In this document: one piece after another, positions 9,777-19,759 of the stretch
Position numbering within the stretch: position 1 is the stretch's first letter
How the letters are laid out: every line of letters starts with the position of its first letter
Notes under the pieces: model-generated
What the model was told of the DNA's origin: nothing
The model's input: only the letters and a program-made list of their open reading frames with translations
Databases searched by the model: none
Translations under genes and position numbers: made by a program
Assembly (NCBI GenBank): GCA_001029675.1
Contig: CP011210.1
Span: 841,280-905,279, forward strand
DNA: 64,000 nt
Direction of reading: 5' to 3'
From: Candidatus Beckwithbacteria bacterium GW2011_GWC1_49_16
GTDB taxonomy: Bacteria; Patescibacteriota; Microgenomatia; UBA1400; CG1-02-47-37

Positions 9777-11705
9777 TTAGACTGATATATCAGTCCTTTT
9801 TCTAAGAGCAAGACCTTCTCGAATTAATTTATTGAGAAGGTCATTAACGGTTTTATCAACTTGTTGCCATACTTCTTCGTCAATTTCATTGGTGACTCCC
9901 GGATCGTGTCTTCTAAGTGATGCTTGAAAGACTTCGGCAAAGAGTTCTTCTTGCGACTGTAGCTCTGAAAATTCAATATCTTTTTTCCTTAAAAGGGAGA
10001 AAATGTGCCTTACTTTTTGTCTATCTTCAGAGGGATAATAACTAGTTATGAGTCCCTCAACCTCTTCGGGGTTATCCTCAACCATTTTAGTGATAACAAA
10101 TGGCAAAATTACTCTATTAAAATAGACCCCTGCCGGTTCAATTTTGAACATCCTTCTTTCTGGCGCTTTAAAAAGTTCGAGGTTATTCTCGATAGTATCA
10201 AGCATTCTCTTTTCGAATTCGTTCAACCTATAACCTGACTGATCTAAGTACTGTTTATATTCGTTTTGGTAAAAATCCTCGATCGAGGCGATGGGAGTAT
10301 CACTTTCCCCTTTGGCAAAAAGTCTATAGATCATAAGGTCGTCTAAGGGTTGAGAATAATACTTACTGGAGGCACCATAAAGTCTATAAAGGAAGTAAGT
10401 TAACTTGAAAAAAAGAGATTTTTCATTGACATCATTATCAGGAAACACAAATTCTGTGGCCGGGTAGTCGGTAATACCAGCTTCATTTATATCCTTGTCG
10501 GTTCTTTCTAAAAATTCAATTATGGATTCGTTGCTAAGATCTAGAGATGCAAATTTGCCTGACGGAGTAAAAAAAGTTTTCAGGTTTCTGGTGGGACGGA
10601 AGAGCTCAAGCATTTCTTCAAGGGCGACGGTGTACTTGACGACATCAACGTCTTTCTCAAGAAAAACGATCTTTTTGTGAAGCGAGTGGCCGAATTCGTG
10701 AAGTACGTATTCTTTCCAAACGGTCGGAAATTTCCTGAAACTTTCTATATTTGCTTCTCCTATCCCCAAAACAATCTGGTTTAAAAAGTCGTCGTACTCA
10801 CCCCAAGGATTGTCGCCACCTTCAAATACACCTAAATTCGAAGCTGCTCTTTCTAAGCGATATTCTTTGAGAATTTGTTTTATTTCTTCTTTCAGTTCTT
10901 CATCTTCGGTTGCGACATAAATATTAGCCTCTTTGGGCCTTTTTGGTGCAATGGGGCCTTCCCGAAATTTGATTATTTTTCTCTGCGAGAGACTCTTAAC
11001 TTTAAGATAATTAAGAAGCGTTCCTTGATCAAGGAGTCTGTAAAGAGGACTTTGCTGACGGATCGCGCCAATAGTAGCCAACGCACTGTTGTCATCCCCG
11101 TATCGATCTTCAGAAACAGACCAAACGTCCGCCCACTGGGCGTTAATCGAGAATATCTCTTCTCCTAAAAAGGGGTCGCGAGTATCATAAACGTTAGTGA
11201 TAGATGGATTTCTCAAAGCCTCTTCAAACTTTTCAGGGACATTCCAGTATTCTTCTCTAACCATTAAAAGGGCCCAAACGGCACTGCCAACTTCGTAAAA
11301 ATCATCTTCTATCATCGTTTTGGCTCGCGGGCTTAAATTGCCTTCATTTTTAAGATCGAGATAAACCTGCTTCAGCCTTTTTAACTGGGACATTGATTTT
11401 TCCGTATTGCTTTGCCATTTTTCCTCGTCAAAGGAAATTAGTGCCAGCTGATCTTTAAATTGATAAGGGATGAGACCAAGCTCTCTTTCAATCTGGGGCA
11501 TAAATTTTTCCGGCTCAAAATCTTCTACGTTTTCAAAAAATCTTGTTTCAGACCAGTTGATTCTTTCTCTGGGGGCTTCGTGAGGAAGAAATTTTTCTAA
11601 CTTAAGTAACCAGGGTATCGCGGCCAACTTCAGAACCTCTCTTCTTTTAAGATCAACTTGTGGCCTAGGCAGGTTACCTGTTTCTAATCCGCCTGAATCT
11701 TTCAT
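9777..11705 (-). CDS. Large hypothetical protein with HExxH zinc-metallopeptidase motif
   Basis: 642 aa. HEFGHSLH motif at about residue 330. No other recognisable domain. Confidence 0.4.
   Translation of the reverse strand: MKDSGGLETGNLPRPQVDLKRREVLKLAAIPWLLKLEKFLPHEAPRERINWSETRFFENVEDFEPEKFMPQIERELGLIPYQFKDQLALISFDEEKWQSNTEKSMSQLKRLKQVYLDLKNEGNLSPRAKTMIEDDFYEVGSAVWALLMVREEYWNVPEKFEEALRNPSITNVYDTRDPFLGEEIFSINAQWADVWSVSEDRYGDDNSALATIGAIRQQSPLYRLLDQGTLLNYLKVKSLSQRKIIKFREGPIAPKRPKEANIYVATEDEELKEEIKQILKEYRLERAASNLGVFEGGDNPWGEYDDFLNQIVLGIGEANIESFRKFPTVWKEYVLHEFGHSLHKKIVFLEKDVDVVKYTVALEEMLELFRPTRNLKTFFTPSGKFASLDLSNESIIEFLERTDKDINEAGITDYPATEFVFPDNDVNEKSLFFKLTYFLYRLYGASSKYYSQPLDDLMIYRLFAKGESDTPIASIEDFYQNEYKQYLDQSGYRLNEFEKRMLDTIENNLELFKAPERRMFKIEPAGVYFNRVILPFVITKMVEDNPEEVEGLITSYYPSEDRQKVRHIFSLLRKKDIEFSELQSQEELFAEVFQASLRRHDPGVTNEIDEEVWQQVDKTVNDLLNKLIREGLALRKRTDISV
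9780..9803 (+). terminator. Intrinsic terminator downstream of tRNA-Pro
   Basis: Perfect 16-nt palindrome GACTGATATATCAGTC followed by CTTTTTCT. It overlaps the last codons of the convergent minus-strand gene. Confidence 0.55.
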
Positions 11706-11756
11706 GTAGCCAATTATATCGAGATAGGCCTGTGGTTGTCGACCTAGGAGGAAAGT

Positions 11757-12425
11757 TTATTCGGTGGTTTTTTCCGGGCCGGCGTTGTGGAAGGATGAGG
11801 CAAAGGCTTTGATGCGAGCTTCATCGAAGCTGTCCATTTTGTCGATCTTGCCCCAGGCGGTTAAGGCGATGGCGACGTCGAGCTCCGGGCGAGGGACGAT
11901 GATCAGGCGTTGATAAGAATTTAAAAGTGGGGTTAATTGATCAACTAAAGCCTGGCAAGGCGCGGAAGCAAACCTTTCCGGCAAATCGACGACTTTGTCC
12001 GGCGGGTTTTCAGGCGTAAGCCAGCTCATGCCGGCCGGCGGGGTGAAGGTTAAATGATACAGGTCGGGGCTGGCCGAACTGGTAGCAATGTCTTCTCCCT
12101 CGTGGGCAAAGACGGCAGGAATAAAACGGCCGGCGGACAACCGGTCGCAGTTGTAGGAGATGACCACGTACCCATGCTCTAAGGAATGAATTAAGTAACC
12201 GTCTGATAAAACTTGGGTATAGGCTCCCCTTTTGGCCCAAACGGGAAAGTGGGGGCCGGAGGTGGGCGGGTTGGAGTTATAGTTTACGCCGGCGATGTCG
12301 TTGACGTGGTCTGCTCCTTGGTCGGCGATGGTGTCAAAGTGAAGATTTTCACTGCCGCGGCTAAACCAAAACCAGGCGCCAATGACGGCGGCGATGATAA
12401 TGGTTGGCCAAAGAAATTTTTTCAT
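11757..12425 (-). CDS. DUF3105-like secreted/membrane-anchored protein
   Basis: N-terminal TM segment. Motifs SGPHFPVW..LIHSLEHGYVVISY resemble the DUF3105 family. Confidence 0.45.
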   Translation of the reverse strand: MKKFLWPTIIIAAVIGAWFWFSRGSENLHFDTIADQGADHVNDIAGVNYNSNPPTSGPHFPVWAKRGAYTQVLSDGYLIHSLEHGYVVISYNCDRLSAGRFIPAVFAHEGEDIATSSASPDLYHLTFTPPAGMSWLTPENPPDKVVDLPERFASAPCQALVDQLTPLLNSYQRLIIVPRPELDVAIALTAWGKIDKMDSFDEARIKAFASSFHNAGPEKTTE

Positions 12426-12428
12426 GAC

Positions 12429-13202
12429 TTATTTAAGTTCGAAGGTAACGGAAACGGTTTTTGACAGCCTTTCTCTGCCCGGCTCGATCGGGGTGGCGGT
12501 TTGGTCGGAGACCACCTCCAGGCCGCGGTAGATGGGGCCAACTCCCGACTCGGAAACGGTCAAGACTTTGCCCAAACGGCGACCGGAAGCTTTGGCGGCG
12601 GCTTGGGCTTTTTCCCTGGCGTCGGCAATGGCTTGCTCGAGAAGCTGACTGTCGTAGTCGGCGGTGTCGTCAAGGGAAAAATTGGGGCCGGAGACTGAAG
12701 TGGCGCCAGAGCTAGCCAGCAAATCTGCCAGCTCTCCCGCCCGGTCGATGTTTTTGAGTTTGATCTCGACGGTGTTTGAGGCTTGCCACTGGTTGCCGGT
12801 TCGGGGGCGGGGCGGGTAGATCATAATCTCGACCTCGCCATCGGTTTGATAGACGCTAATCTCTCTGGTTTGTAAATCCTCGTCGGCAATACCAAAACTT
12901 TTTAGCGAGTCGATTAGGTCGGCCATATTGGAATTGACTTGGTCGACGGCAACTTCTTTGTCAGCGTCGGTGACGCTAACTGTGGCAGAAAAGCGGGCTA
13001 CCTGCGGCAGGGTGTCTAGGTGGGCCTCACCGGTGACGGTTAAGCTTGAGCCGGGCAAGACCTCAAACTTGCCCCAGTTGACCCTGTCCCAGGGCAAAAC
13101 GAAAATTCCAGCGAGAACTACCAGAACGATAACTAGAACTTTCGCCCAGTAAGGTTTAAAAATCATCTCTTGAGAGTAACATCTTAAACTCAAAGGTGTC
13201 AA
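12429..13202 (-). CDS. SIMPL (DUF541) domain protein
   Basis: N-terminal TM/signal. Pattern matches SIMPL/BP26-like periplasmic proteins. Confidence 0.5.
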   Translation of the reverse strand: MTPLSLRCYSQEMIFKPYWAKVLVIVLVVLAGIFVLPWDRVNWGKFEVLPGSSLTVTGEAHLDTLPQVARFSATVSVTDADKEVAVDQVNSNMADLIDSLKSFGIADEDLQTREISVYQTDGEVEIMIYPPRPRTGNQWQASNTVEIKLKNIDRAGELADLLASSGATSVSGPNFSLDDTADYDSQLLEQAIADAREKAQAAAKASGRRLGKVLTVSESGVGPIYRGLEVVSDQTATPIEPGRERLSKTVSVTFELK

Positions 13203-13234
13203 TCACTCTGGTATAATAACCCATAATTTTTAAA

Positions 13235-14074
13235 ATGGGCTGGACAGAGAAAGTTTTAAATACCAAGCCAGAATTAAAGTATAAGAGCGTTCCTGAAGCT
13301 CTTGAGGCTTTTGCTTTAGAGCAAGAAACTTACAGAAATTCTGATGAAGTCGAGCGCTTCGGGGTGGAAACGCGCAAGGGTTTAAGAGAAGCAACCAGAG
13401 AAAGTGCCTGGTTTAAGCGAATTTATGGCGAGGCGGTTAACCGCTTCTCGGTACCTTTAAGTGGCGTCGACCTCCGCCAACTGAAGGGAGAGTTGAGTGG
13501 GGCCATTTTTGAAAACATGGCTTATCATTTTCTACTGGCTGACTTAGACAACCAAACTACCTTGCTGTCGCCCCAGCAAACATTTGAGATTTATTTAATT
13601 CAACTGGGGCTCGACTACACCAGTGAAAAAGTAATTCAACACCCTTTTGACGGCTGGGGAATTATAGGCATAAGCGTTCCCGATGGCTTGGAAGTAGGTT
13701 TAATCGATTTACAAATTAAACGCGTCCACGAGTATACCACTTCGAATAAAAACCACCACTTAAGCCGCAAGGTCACTAGCTTTTGGGCGAACCGACAACA
13801 TCATCAATTTCCCCCAAGCGAAGCAGGCTTAACCATGACGCTCCCAGACGGGATAATGATTGAAAACAGACGCTTGGCTAAAGATTTAAAAACTAAACAC
13901 CTGCCGATTACCGGCAGTCAGTTTAGAGAATTCATTCACCACACCATAAACCACTACCGCTCGTTTCAGCCCTTAGAAGAAGGCGTAGCCAGCGCCACCT
14001 TGATGGAAATACAAGAATTTGCCCGGGCGCGGGCGGGCCAAACAGCAGAAGTTGCTACCACTCTGGTAAAATAA
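13235..14074 (+). CDS. Hypothetical protein
   Basis: 279 aa ORF with no recognisable motifs. Confidence 0.4.
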   Translation: MGWTEKVLNTKPELKYKSVPEALEAFALEQETYRNSDEVERFGVETRKGLREATRESAWFKRIYGEAVNRFSVPLSGVDLRQLKGELSGAIFENMAYHFLLADLDNQTTLLSPQQTFEIYLIQLGLDYTSEKVIQHPFDGWGIIGISVPDGLEVGLIDLQIKRVHEYTTSNKNHHLSRKVTSFWANRQHHQFPPSEAGLTMTLPDGIMIENRRLAKDLKTKHLPITGSQFREFIHHTINHYRSFQPLEEGVASATLMEIQEFARARAGQTAEVATTLVK

Positions 14075-14078
14075 CTCC

Positions 14079-15221
14079 ATGAAAAACTCGCCGGCACTGG
14101 CCTACTCTCAAAAGCCCAAGCTGGCGGTGAAAATCCTGGCGCCATTGAAAAGCAAAAGAGATTTGAGTTTGGCCTATACGCCCGGCATTGCCGAGGTGGC
14201 CAAAGCGGTGGCGGCAGACGGCAACAAACTTTATACTTACACCTTTAAAAGAAACAATCTGGCGGTAATTTCGGACGGGTCGGCGGTGTTGGGGCTGGGG
14301 AACATCGGCCACAAGGGCAGCTACCCGGTGATGGAGGGCAAGGCGATGTTGTTTCGCCGCTTTGGCAGAATCAACGCCGTGCCGATCATTGTCAAAACCC
14401 AAAAGGTCGATGAGTTTGTGGACACGGTAGTCAACATTGCCGATTCTTTTGGGGCGATTAACCTTGAAGACATCAGCGCCCCGCGCTGCTTTGAGATTGA
14501 AGAGCGGTTAAAGAAGCTTTTGGACATTCCCCTGATGCACGACGACCAGCACGGCACGGCCATCGTGGTGCTGTCGGCTTTGACCAATGCCTTAAAACTT
14601 CTGCCCAAATCAGGCAAAAACACCCGGATCGTGATGGTCGGCTCCGGGTCGGCGGGAGTGGCGGTGAGCCGGCTTTTAGTCATGGCCGGCTATAAAAACA
14701 TCATTCTGTGCGATTCCAAAGGCATCGTCAGCAAACGCCGGCGCGACCTGAACCCGGTAAAAAGAGCCATGCTCAAGGTGACCAACCCCAATAATGTTTC
14801 GGGGAAAATCCAAGACGCTTTGAAAGGCGCCCAAGGGCTAATCGGGGTGTCGCGGGCGGGGCTGGTCGGCCCGGCCGATATTAAACTGATGGATAAAGCG
14901 CCGATTATTTTTGCCATGGCCAACCCGGTGCCGGAGATTATGCCCGACGAAGCCCGCCGCGCCGGGGCCGGGATCGTGGGCACGGGCAGGAGCGACTATC
15001 CTAACCAAATCAACAACGCTTTGGCTTTCCCCGGAGTCTTCCGAGGGGCGATTGACGCCAGGGCGAAAATTACCGACAAGATGAAACTGGCCGCAGTTGC
15101 CGCCATCGTCTCCTACCACCAAAAGAATTTAGCCAAAAACAAACTCATGCCGAGGGTATTGGATTCTAAAGTCCACCAAGTGATTGCCCGGGCGGTTTAC
15201 TCGGCCGCCAAACAAAAGTAG
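14079..15221 (+). CDS. NAD(P)-dependent malic enzyme (short form)
   Basis: Conserved malic-enzyme blocks LSLAYTPGIAEV, AVISDGSAVLGLGNIG, and Rossmann GSGSAGVAV. Confidence 0.85.
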   Translation: MKNSPALAYSQKPKLAVKILAPLKSKRDLSLAYTPGIAEVAKAVAADGNKLYTYTFKRNNLAVISDGSAVLGLGNIGHKGSYPVMEGKAMLFRRFGRINAVPIIVKTQKVDEFVDTVVNIADSFGAINLEDISAPRCFEIEERLKKLLDIPLMHDDQHGTAIVVLSALTNALKLLPKSGKNTRIVMVGSGSAGVAVSRLLVMAGYKNIILCDSKGIVSKRRRDLNPVKRAMLKVTNPNNVSGKIQDALKGAQGLIGVSRAGLVGPADIKLMDKAPIIFAMANPVPEIMPDEARRAGAGIVGTGRSDYPNQINNALAFPGVFRGAIDARAKITDKMKLAAVAAIVSYHQKNLAKNKLMPRVLDSKVHQVIARAVYSAAKQK

Positions 15222-15988
15222 CTGCCGATTAGGGAAAATTCTTCCAAGTGGGTTTGTTGGTTATAGAAGGTCGAGGCAGAACCGCCGTCGAGGTTTAAAG
15301 CCGTGGTGAAGCTTAACCCTAAAGTCTCGGCCAGGTTAACCAAAAGGCGCGGAGTCTCGGCCAAAAGCGGCCCGGTAAAAGCCGAGTCTTCCCCGACGAG
15401 CGCCAAAAAAACCAGCTGGCCTTGGAGGGTAGTAGCGGCGACTACTCGGCGGCGGGGTTCGTCGTTTTTGATCCTCAAAGGCAAAGGCAGGCCGTTGGCA
15501 ATCAGCAGCGGCCCCGACTGCAAACCCCAGTCAACCGCCCCCTGCGGTCTGACGTTGCTCAAAGAAACTTGGCCTTGATTTAAACTTAAGTAGCCGTTTA
15601 AGAAATCTGACAAAACCGGCGGAGACGCTTGGCGACCCTCGGCAACCAACCAACCGATGGGTTCGCCGTTAAGGTCGTAAAATCCGCCGGAAACTAAACC
15701 AGAGCAGGTAGAGATTAGATCGGCGCTTTCGGCTTTAGCTTGGTGATTGGGGAAAAGCTTGAGGCTGGCGGGATCGTCAACCGCCAAAACGGCGTAGTGA
15801 AAGGTTTGGTCTTCAAAAAAGAAAGTGTCCATGGTGGCTAAAACCACTTCGGGGGTTTGGGGACCCTCCTGGCTAACACCCCTCGGGGTAAGCTGGGGCT
15901 CTTCGACGGAAGTTGGATCAAAGTTGGTTTTTTGGTAAAACCAAACTCCAGTTAAAACCACCCCCAAAAGGATGAGGATCTTTTTCAT
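15197..15988 (-). CDS. Phosphodiester glycosidase-like secreted protein
   Basis: N-terminal signal/TM. ALNLDGGSAS motif resembles the NAGPA/phosphodiester glycosidase family. Confidence 0.4.
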   Translation of the reverse strand: MKKILILLGVVLTGVWFYQKTNFDPTSVEEPQLTPRGVSQEGPQTPEVVLATMDTFFFEDQTFHYAVLAVDDPASLKLFPNHQAKAESADLISTCSGLVSGGFYDLNGEPIGWLVAEGRQASPPVLSDFLNGYLSLNQGQVSLSNVRPQGAVDWGLQSGPLLIANGLPLPLRIKNDEPRRRVVAATTLQGQLVFLALVGEDSAFTGPLLAETPRLLVNLAETLGLSFTTALNLDGGSASTFYNQQTHLEEFSLIGSYFCLAAE

Positions 15989-16005
15989 GGCTCAATTATA
16001 CTTGA

Positions 16006-16584
16006 CTAGTAGCCGCCGTCGGGCAAGTCTTGCATCATCTTGTCGAGCGTTTCCTGGTCCATCACTTGGTCGCCCTCGGCGCTAGGCTGCATCAGGTCTT
16101 CCATCATGGCGCCAAAGTCGGCGAAAGTAACGTCGGCCGGAGGCTCGAACATGGAGTCGGCGACGACTGCGGGCAGACAGCTGTAGTCAACGTCAGGAGC
16201 AGTGTAGTCGCCCTGATCGGTGGTCTCGTCGGGCACGACGCTGGGTTCGGGCTGGTCAAATAAAGAACCCTCGGCCGGGTCGGAACAGAATTTGGTACCC
16301 TGGCCGTCTTGACCCCAAGAGTACATGCAGTTGTCGCGGATGATGATGTCGACTTGACCGGTGTCGCCGAGCATCTGTCCTCGGTACATTTCGCCTTTGA
16401 CGTAACCTTCATACTGGACCTCGTCCACGGTATAGGTACATTTCATCGGTACGCCCAACTTTACGGCGGCGGCCAGCGAGCCGGTGAAGACGTCCTGGCC
16501 GGTCGGGGTTTTGCCGCCTTTAAGGTAGAACCAGCCGATGCCGGCCAAAACCACCACAGCGACGATTATTAAAATATTTTTCAT
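16006..16584 (-). CDS. Hypothetical secreted acidic protein
   Basis: Signal-anchor followed by an Asp/Glu-rich C-terminus. Confidence 0.4.
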   Translation of the reverse strand: MKNILIIVAVVVLAGIGWFYLKGGKTPTGQDVFTGSLAAAVKLGVPMKCTYTVDEVQYEGYVKGEMYRGQMLGDTGQVDIIIRDNCMYSWGQDGQGTKFCSDPAEGSLFDQPEPSVVPDETTDQGDYTAPDVDYSCLPAVVADSMFEPPADVTFADFGAMMEDLMQPSAEGDQVMDQETLDKMMQDLPDGGY

Positions 16585-16601
16585 TGGTTACTCACCCCCT
16601 C

Positions 16602-17072
16602 TCAAAAGTTGAGTTGAACGATTGATAGATTCAAGTAGGCAGCAAAGCTAACCCAGGCCAGGTAAGGCAGAAGCAGCAGGCCGGCGGTTTGGCTCAAGCG
16701 ATAGAATTTGACCAGGGTGACTAAAATCAAAAGCCACAAGATAATGATTTCTACTAAAGCCAGGTCGGGGCGTTTGAGACCAAAAAATAAGTAAGACCAG
16801 AAAAAATTAGCCACCAGCTGGAGGGCGTAGAAAGCGAGGGCGGCTTTGACTTTTTTGGCTTTGGCCTTGACCATAAGGATAAGGTAGGAAGCGTAGCCCA
16901 TGAGCAGGAAAAGCAGGGTCCAGACCGGGGCAAAAACAAAGTTGGGCGGGGTGAACGAGGGCTGGTTGATGGTCGCGTACCAAGTGGTGATTGAAGGGGT
17001 AGTGACAAGAGAGCCTAGAAAGCCAACAAGTTGAGGGACAGCTAAAGCGACGATCAGCTTGGTAAGATTCAT
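16602..17072 (-). CDS. tspO: TspO/MBR family tryptophan-rich sensory protein
   Basis: 156 aa, 5 TM, W/Y/F-rich. FAPVWTLLFLLMGYASYL matches the TspO signature. Confidence 0.6.
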   Translation of the reverse strand: MNLTKLIVALAVPQLVGFLGSLVTTPSITTWYATINQPSFTPPNFVFAPVWTLLFLLMGYASYLILMVKAKAKKVKAALAFYALQLVANFFWSYLFFGLKRPDLALVEIIILWLLILVTLVKFYRLSQTAGLLLLPYLAWVSFAAYLNLSIVQLNF

Positions 17073-17569
17073 TGAGACAATTGTATACTAGACAGATGGA
17101 AAAGGAAGCCATATTTGCCGGAGGCTGTTTTTGGTGCATTGAGGCGGCGTTTGTAGATATGGAGGGGGTGTTGGAAGTGACTTCGGGCTACACCGACCAC
17201 TATGAAGCGGTCAAAGTGGTTTATGACCCGGACAAGGTAGCTTACGAGAAATTACTCGAAAGATTTTGGCAGCAGATCGACCCGACCGACCCCAATGGCC
17301 AGTTTGCCGACGTGGGGCCGCAATACCGGACGGCGATTTTTTATGCCGATGATGCCCAAAAACGGGCGGCGGAAAAATCGCGCGACGAACTTGACCGCTC
17401 GGGTAAGTTTGAGGAACCGATCGTCACCGAGATTTTGCCGGTAGGAGAGTTTTACCCTGCCGAAGACTACCACCAGGAGTATTACCGCAAAAACCCGACG
17501 CATTACAAGCTCTACAAAGCCGGCTCGGGAAGAGAGGGGTATATTAAGAAGACGTGGGGGAAGGATTAA
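17072..17569 (+). CDS. msrA: Peptide methionine sulfoxide reductase MsrA
   Basis: Active-site GGCFWC motif near the N-terminus and conserved MsrA core. Confidence 0.9.
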   Translation: MRQLYTRQMEKEAIFAGGCFWCIEAAFVDMEGVLEVTSGYTDHYEAVKVVYDPDKVAYEKLLERFWQQIDPTDPNGQFADVGPQYRTAIFYADDAQKRAAEKSRDELDRSGKFEEPIVTEILPVGEFYPAEDYHQEYYRKNPTHYKLYKAGSGREGYIKKTWGKD

Positions 17570-18480
17570 AATCTACCCATGATTCTATCGACATCCATCA
17601 TCAGCATAACTTGCCTTATTTGCTCGTCGGTAAAATCAGGATTTTGCGCTCTTACGCTTTCTTCAAAAACAAACTTAGTCAGCTCCAAAGCATACTCGCG
17701 TCGGGCTTTTTCGCTTTCTAAAAATCTTGCGGCTTGACTCTTAGAGATTTTGCCGTCAAGAGCCATTTTGGTTACTTCACCTTTGTCTTCCAGCGCGGCT
17801 AAAAAAATCTCGAATTGCTCTCTAAATTTACTGCCAGGCCTGCCGACTTTTAACAAGTTCGTAGGTATTTCGTTAGGATCGACCTCTTCTTCAACTTCAT
17901 CTTCTTCTAAGCCTCTGTACTGCGATACAGGAAAACCTGTATCTTCTAGGGTTTTAGAGACTTGAGCCCTGGCGTCTTCGTCCCAACCTAAAACCTGGAG
18001 TTGATAACCTGGGGCAAACAGGTAGTTATCCCTTTCTTCCCTAGTTGGTTCCCGGCCATTTTCTGCTTGAAAACGCTTTTCCCAAAACTTCTCCTGCTTG
18101 CGGGCCTTTGAAATTGACGGCCGAGATATAGCTACATAGACAGGATCGTGTTGGCCGACTATTTTGAAAGAGTCTAAGTCGAAAGAGTCAAGAATGCTAT
18201 CGTGAGGGAAAAATTTCTCCAGGGGGATTAACCCTTGAGGAAATTCTGCTTCTAGTTGAGTAAGTTCATCATCGAGTATCTTAGAAAGATCGTCACCTAG
18301 CCAACCTTCGCTAAAGTAATCACGCAACCTGGCGTCATTATACTTGACCTCGTTGACGACGGCGAAAATTTGCCTCAACTCATCCGGGGTAAGCTCCAAG
18401 GGTACAAGCCGGTCGTTGCCGATGGTAACAATGCGGTCTTTTATTGGCGGAATTGAATTTTGAGTTGTTTCTGGCGGCAT
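17566..18480 (-). CDS. Hypothetical acidic protein
   Basis: 304 aa ORF with no known motif. Confidence 0.4.
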   Translation of the reverse strand: MPPETTQNSIPPIKDRIVTIGNDRLVPLELTPDELRQIFAVVNEVKYNDARLRDYFSEGWLGDDLSKILDDELTQLEAEFPQGLIPLEKFFPHDSILDSFDLDSFKIVGQHDPVYVAISRPSISKARKQEKFWEKRFQAENGREPTREERDNYLFAPGYQLQVLGWDEDARAQVSKTLEDTGFPVSQYRGLEEDEVEEEVDPNEIPTNLLKVGRPGSKFREQFEIFLAALEDKGEVTKMALDGKISKSQAARFLESEKARREYALELTKFVFEESVRAQNPDFTDEQIRQVMLMMDVDRIMGRF

Positions 18481-18492
18481 GGCGAGAATTTA

Positions 18493-19077
18493 TCAAAAAG
18501 ACGTGGGGGGAATAGGCTGATCTCGAAGTTTTTCTTTTAAAGGATCGAAAGTGGCTAAGCTGATAGTGCCGGGAACGGCCCGGTCCAGGTTTAAAATGCC
18601 CTCTAAGTGATCATACTCGTGTTGGATGAGTCTGGCTAGATCACCGGAAAAGTTGTCTTCTTGCTCTTGACCGCTGCCGTCAATCCATTTTATTCTGATG
18701 GCTTCTGACCTTTCGACGTCGGCGCTGATGATGCCGGCGCTGATGCAAACCTCTCGAAAAAAGTTGGTTGAGTCTGAATATCTGATGATCTCGGGATTGA
18801 TAAAAATGTCCACTTCTTGATTTTCGTTTAGGGTGACAAAGACTCTTTTGCTCTCACCGATTTGGGGAGCGGCTAGTCCCCGGCCCATGCCGGTTAGCTT
18901 TCTGTATTTTTTCAAAACCCGACCCAAACGCTGGCCAATCTCCAACCCTTCTTCAACATCAACTTCTTGGGTTTTGGTCCTTAAGACCGGGTCGCCGGCA
19001 TAAACGATCTCGGGGACGACCCCGGTAACGCACATAAAGTCTTCGGCCAACGCTTGCAGTTGTTTTTCTCGCGCCAT
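18493..19077 (-). CDS. def: Peptide deformylase
   Basis: GRGLAAPQIG, EGCLS-like region and the metal-binding QHEYDHLEG motif. The track ORF extends to 19308, but the conserved PDF start MAREKQ.. maps to the ATG at 19077. Confidence 0.85.
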   Translation of the reverse strand: MAREKQLQALAEDFMCVTGVVPEIVYAGDPVLRTKTQEVDVEEGLEIGQRLGRVLKKYRKLTGMGRGLAAPQIGESKRVFVTLNENQEVDIFINPEIIRYSDSTNFFREVCISAGIISADVERSEAIRIKWIDGSGQEQEDNFSGDLARLIQHEYDHLEGILNLDRAVPGTISLATFDPLKEKLRDQPIPPTSF

Positions 19078-19146
19078 GGCCGGATTATACCACAATATCA
19101 ACCTATAATGTTGTTTGGCGGGGCTAGTTAGGCTATAATCCGGACC

Positions 19147-19722
19147 ATGAAAACAGAAAATTTCCAGGATTTGAAAAGCAAAGAAACAAGCCGGGGGGTA
19201 GCGGTAGAGCTTTTTACTAAAGTTCGAGACGTTCCTTACGCTTTGAATGCTGACGGTAATATTGAGGGCTTGTTTGAAGATGGAGTGGCGGGCTATACCA
19301 GAAAACATCTTTATTTGCTTCCCCGCCTGAAAAAGCTGGGGTATAAAGTCGACATTGGCATTGCTGAATTTGACTGGCGAGAGCTGCCAATTCCCACAGA
19401 TATTCTAGAGCTGCTAAAAGATCCCCACGGCTATCATATGTTTTTGTACGTGGGCACGGGAAAAGCCACTAAGGTAGTCGACGCTACCTGGGATAAAGGC
19501 ATGACACGTCTTGGCTTTCCGGTTTTTTCTTGGGATGGAGTTTCTTCAACAGGCCTGGCGATAAAGGCGACCAACGCTAGAAGACAAAACTTACTGACTC
19601 TTAAAACCAGAGCGATAGCAAGCTCAACTCTCAAAAAGTTAAAAAATCCAATAGAGACTGAAGCAACTCCTTTTAATGATGGTTTTAATCTGTGGTTGGG
19701 AGAAATGAGGGGAAAGATTTAG
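19147..19722 (+). CDS. Hypothetical protein
   Basis: 191 aa ORF, no motif recognised. Confidence 0.35.
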   Translation: MKTENFQDLKSKETSRGVAVELFTKVRDVPYALNADGNIEGLFEDGVAGYTRKHLYLLPRLKKLGYKVDIGIAEFDWRELPIPTDILELLKDPHGYHMFLYVGTGKATKVVDATWDKGMTRLGFPVFSWDGVSSTGLAIKATNARRQNLLTLKTRAIASSTLKKLKNPIETEATPFNDGFNLWLGEMRGKI

Positions 19723-19759
19723 GCTTTGCCCAGGTGGCTGGGAATGGTAGGATAAAACC

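Noticed and set aside
18493-19308. 271-aa version of the def ORF, as given in the track
   Set aside because: The N-terminal 77 codons have no PDF homology. The conserved start MAREKQLQ maps to the ATG at 19077, so the track ORF is an upstream in-frame read-through.
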